Shown here one piece after another: positions 61,696 through 64,000 of a DNA stretch of 64,000 nucleotides. Location of the stretch: contig JBNJNM010000009.1 of the NCBI GenBank assembly GCA_052426225.1, positions 62,001 to 126,000 on the forward strand. Reading direction: 5' to 3'. The notes beneath the pieces are model-generated. The model ran no database searches and was not told where the DNA came from. It saw only the letters and a program-made list of their open reading frames with translations. A program made the position numbers and the translations under genes. Every line of letters begins with the position of its first letter. Position 1 is the stretch's first letter. The DNA is from Zancudomyces culisetae HAW-14-8. Its lineage: Eukaryota; Fungi; Kickxellomycota.

Positions 61696-63803
61696 ATGGA
61701 AAATAGTATACTTACAACGTTAACTATGATACAACGGCCAAAAAAGGCGCGCACCTCACAACTATATAGAAACTTATTTCTAGCGTATCATGATCTTCCA
61801 AGAGCAGCTAGAGGTGGTGAATGCGCTAGTAAGAAAAAGTTGAAATGCAAAGAATCCGATGCTGGCGATGAAGAAAGATTTGGGATTGTTCCCAGAGAAG
61901 AGAAAAAAGGACTTAGTAGACTAAAACCAAACGCCAGAATAAATGCGATAACTGTTTTATTTGTAATTGTTGTTTTACCTGCTGTTATGATAGGAATACC
62001 AATAGTGATGCTTTTAGGTACTGGGGATAAAGAGACAAAAAAGTCACCAACATACAATATATCGGGAATGGATTGGTATTATCATGAATTGGCAAAAAAT
62101 ACCACATCCCTAGGACAGCCTTTAGTTCCAGAAGTACTACCGGTTGATATCGATACACCATCACATGTAAAAAGTTTCACTTCAAGTGTTGGGGAAACCT
62201 GGAAATTGGTATTTAGTGATGAATTCAATAGAGACGGACGTAGTTTTTTCCCAGGACATGATAAAGTTTGGTAAATAATATATTCATTGCATTATTTTTT
62301 ATCCCTTTCCACATATGGCAAAAGGGTGTATAGCTACTAACTCTCCTCCAAAAAAAAAAAAAAGCTAAAAATTTAATGAAAATCGAATAGGGAAGCACAA
62401 GAACTGTGGTATTGGGCGACGGAAAATTTAGAGTACTTAGATCCTGAGCAAATAACAACAAAAAATGGAAGTTTAGTCGTTAGGTTGGATAATGAGGCAA
62501 CCAAGCCGGGGTTAAATTACACTTCTGGAATGATAACGAGTTGGAATAAGCTCTGCTTTCAGGGCGGGTATCTTGAAGTAAACGTTTCGTTTCCAAGCCC
62601 GGGGAATGCGGTAGGATACTGGCCTGCTGTTTGGACACTCGGAAATCTAGCAAGACCGGGGTATGGTGCAAGTACGGATGGAACGTAAGTATATATTATT
62701 TCTATAAGTGCATTTAGTTGTTTATGTATTGTTTATACGTGCTATACAGCAGAGTGTGGGGGAGGGGGAGGGGGGGGTGTCATGTTTTGACAATAGCAGA
62801 GAGAAAGCAGAATAAAATATAGAAATAAAAACTGGGTGTCTAATGTAAATAGATGGCCATACTCATATAACACATGTGATGAGGGTGTTCTAGTGAACCA
62901 AACTAATCGTTTTCTATCTGCGCTTTCTGGTCAGAGATTAAATGCCTGTGTGTGTAAAGGCGACCACCCAAGTCCTGGAATTGGAAGGGGTGCCCCTGAA
63001 ATTGATATTTTTGAGGCAACTGTTCATGATGGGTACCCCGTCCTCTCAATGAGTAACCAAGTTGCGCCATTCGACTATCACTACAAATCTAAGACTGAAT
63101 TCAACACATACTACAACCCCGGAAAAAACACACCCGGAACTACCATGAAAAACGATTATGTGGGTTCAGTGTATCAACAGTGCTCCTCAGCACTGCACTA
63201 TATTTCACCATCGGTCAGTGGAGGACGAAAATTTCAAACATTTGGTATTGAGTATAGGTCAGGACCAGATGGGTATATAGTGTGGTATTCAGATGGAACC
63301 CCAGTATGGAGATTTGATGCAAGGTCCGTGGGACCAAACCCATTATCAAAAATTGGCCAGCGAGTAGTTCCTGAAGAACCAATGGTAAGTACCAGATTGT
63401 TTGCCTCAGGTTATGTATATGTTTATGTACGTAGTTTTGACTTGATATATATGCGGGGAGCGGTTCAGATGTAGCCAAACATCATGTGTAATATTTATCA
63501 ACATACACATTTTAATCATGTAAAATTAATAAATAGCAAATGATTATCAATTTGGGAATCTCGAATAGCTTTGGTGTTTTAGATCTTGAAAAGATGATAT
63601 TTCCTGCAGAATTGCATGTAGATTATATACGACTGTACCAACACCCGGATAGAATAAGGCTATCATGTGACCCACCTGATCGTCCAACTGCGCAATACAT
63701 TCTTGACCATCCCCGAGCGTATTACAACAAGGATCTTGTTAACTGGGCAAGCGCGGGTTATGGACTGCCCCATTATGAGCTCGGCGCAAAATGCAAAGTA
63801 TAG
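61696..63803 (+). CDS. KRE6: Beta-1,6-glucan synthesis protein KRE6/SKN1 (GH16), multi-exon
   Basis: Type II TM, WKLVFSDEFN, WNKLCFQGG, WPAVWTLGNLARPGY, WPYSY, GRGAPEIDIFE, PEEPM, VDYIRLYQ. Confidence 0.95.
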
Positions 63804-64000
63804 TAAATGAGGATTATGGCTTATAGAGCATAATCATTTTTTTACGATTGGCAATTCTATATAGCTATGTGTACGCAATATGGTTGCGAATTGGGGGTTA
63901 GACTTAAAAATAGAACTAAATAATAATATATGCAGCTGCATCCCCCCTGCTTTAATAAAGTGATATTAATAGAGTGTAGCTATGTTGGCAGATAATAGTT

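Overview
Eukaryotic, AT-rich, intron-containing fungal DNA. Gene content and an animal-type polyubiquitin point to a Harpellales insect-gut fungus (Zancudomyces/Smittium-like); this is an inference. The left ~14 kb is gene-sparse and accessory-like. It holds two paralogous small secreted Cys-rich proteins with a beta/gamma-crystallin/MiAMP1-like pattern (one missed by the ORF track), a divergent pair of degenerate 'MSGLM' elements, two copies of a TIR MITE, a CTAG-enriched tract, an atypical cytochrome P450 and a pICln gene interrupted by an in-frame TAA. The rest is mostly housekeeping genes: BCD1, a GOST-type 7TM protein, an F-box/WD40-like protein, a GPI-anchored GH16 with a degenerate catalytic motif, a 4x polyubiquitin with the metazoan sequence, an IME2/MAK kinase, a SWF1-like DHHC palmitoyltransferase, an AAA ATPase, a forkhead TF, symplekin/PTA1, an RNF5-like RING E3 (GC-AG intron), EXO84, bifunctional TRP3, RTT107/Brc1 and KRE6/SKN1. 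The 42-60 kb block is rich in microsatellites and shows strong G/C strand-skew flips, one of them inside the symplekin ORF. All calls come from hand translation and motif recognition; no searches were run.
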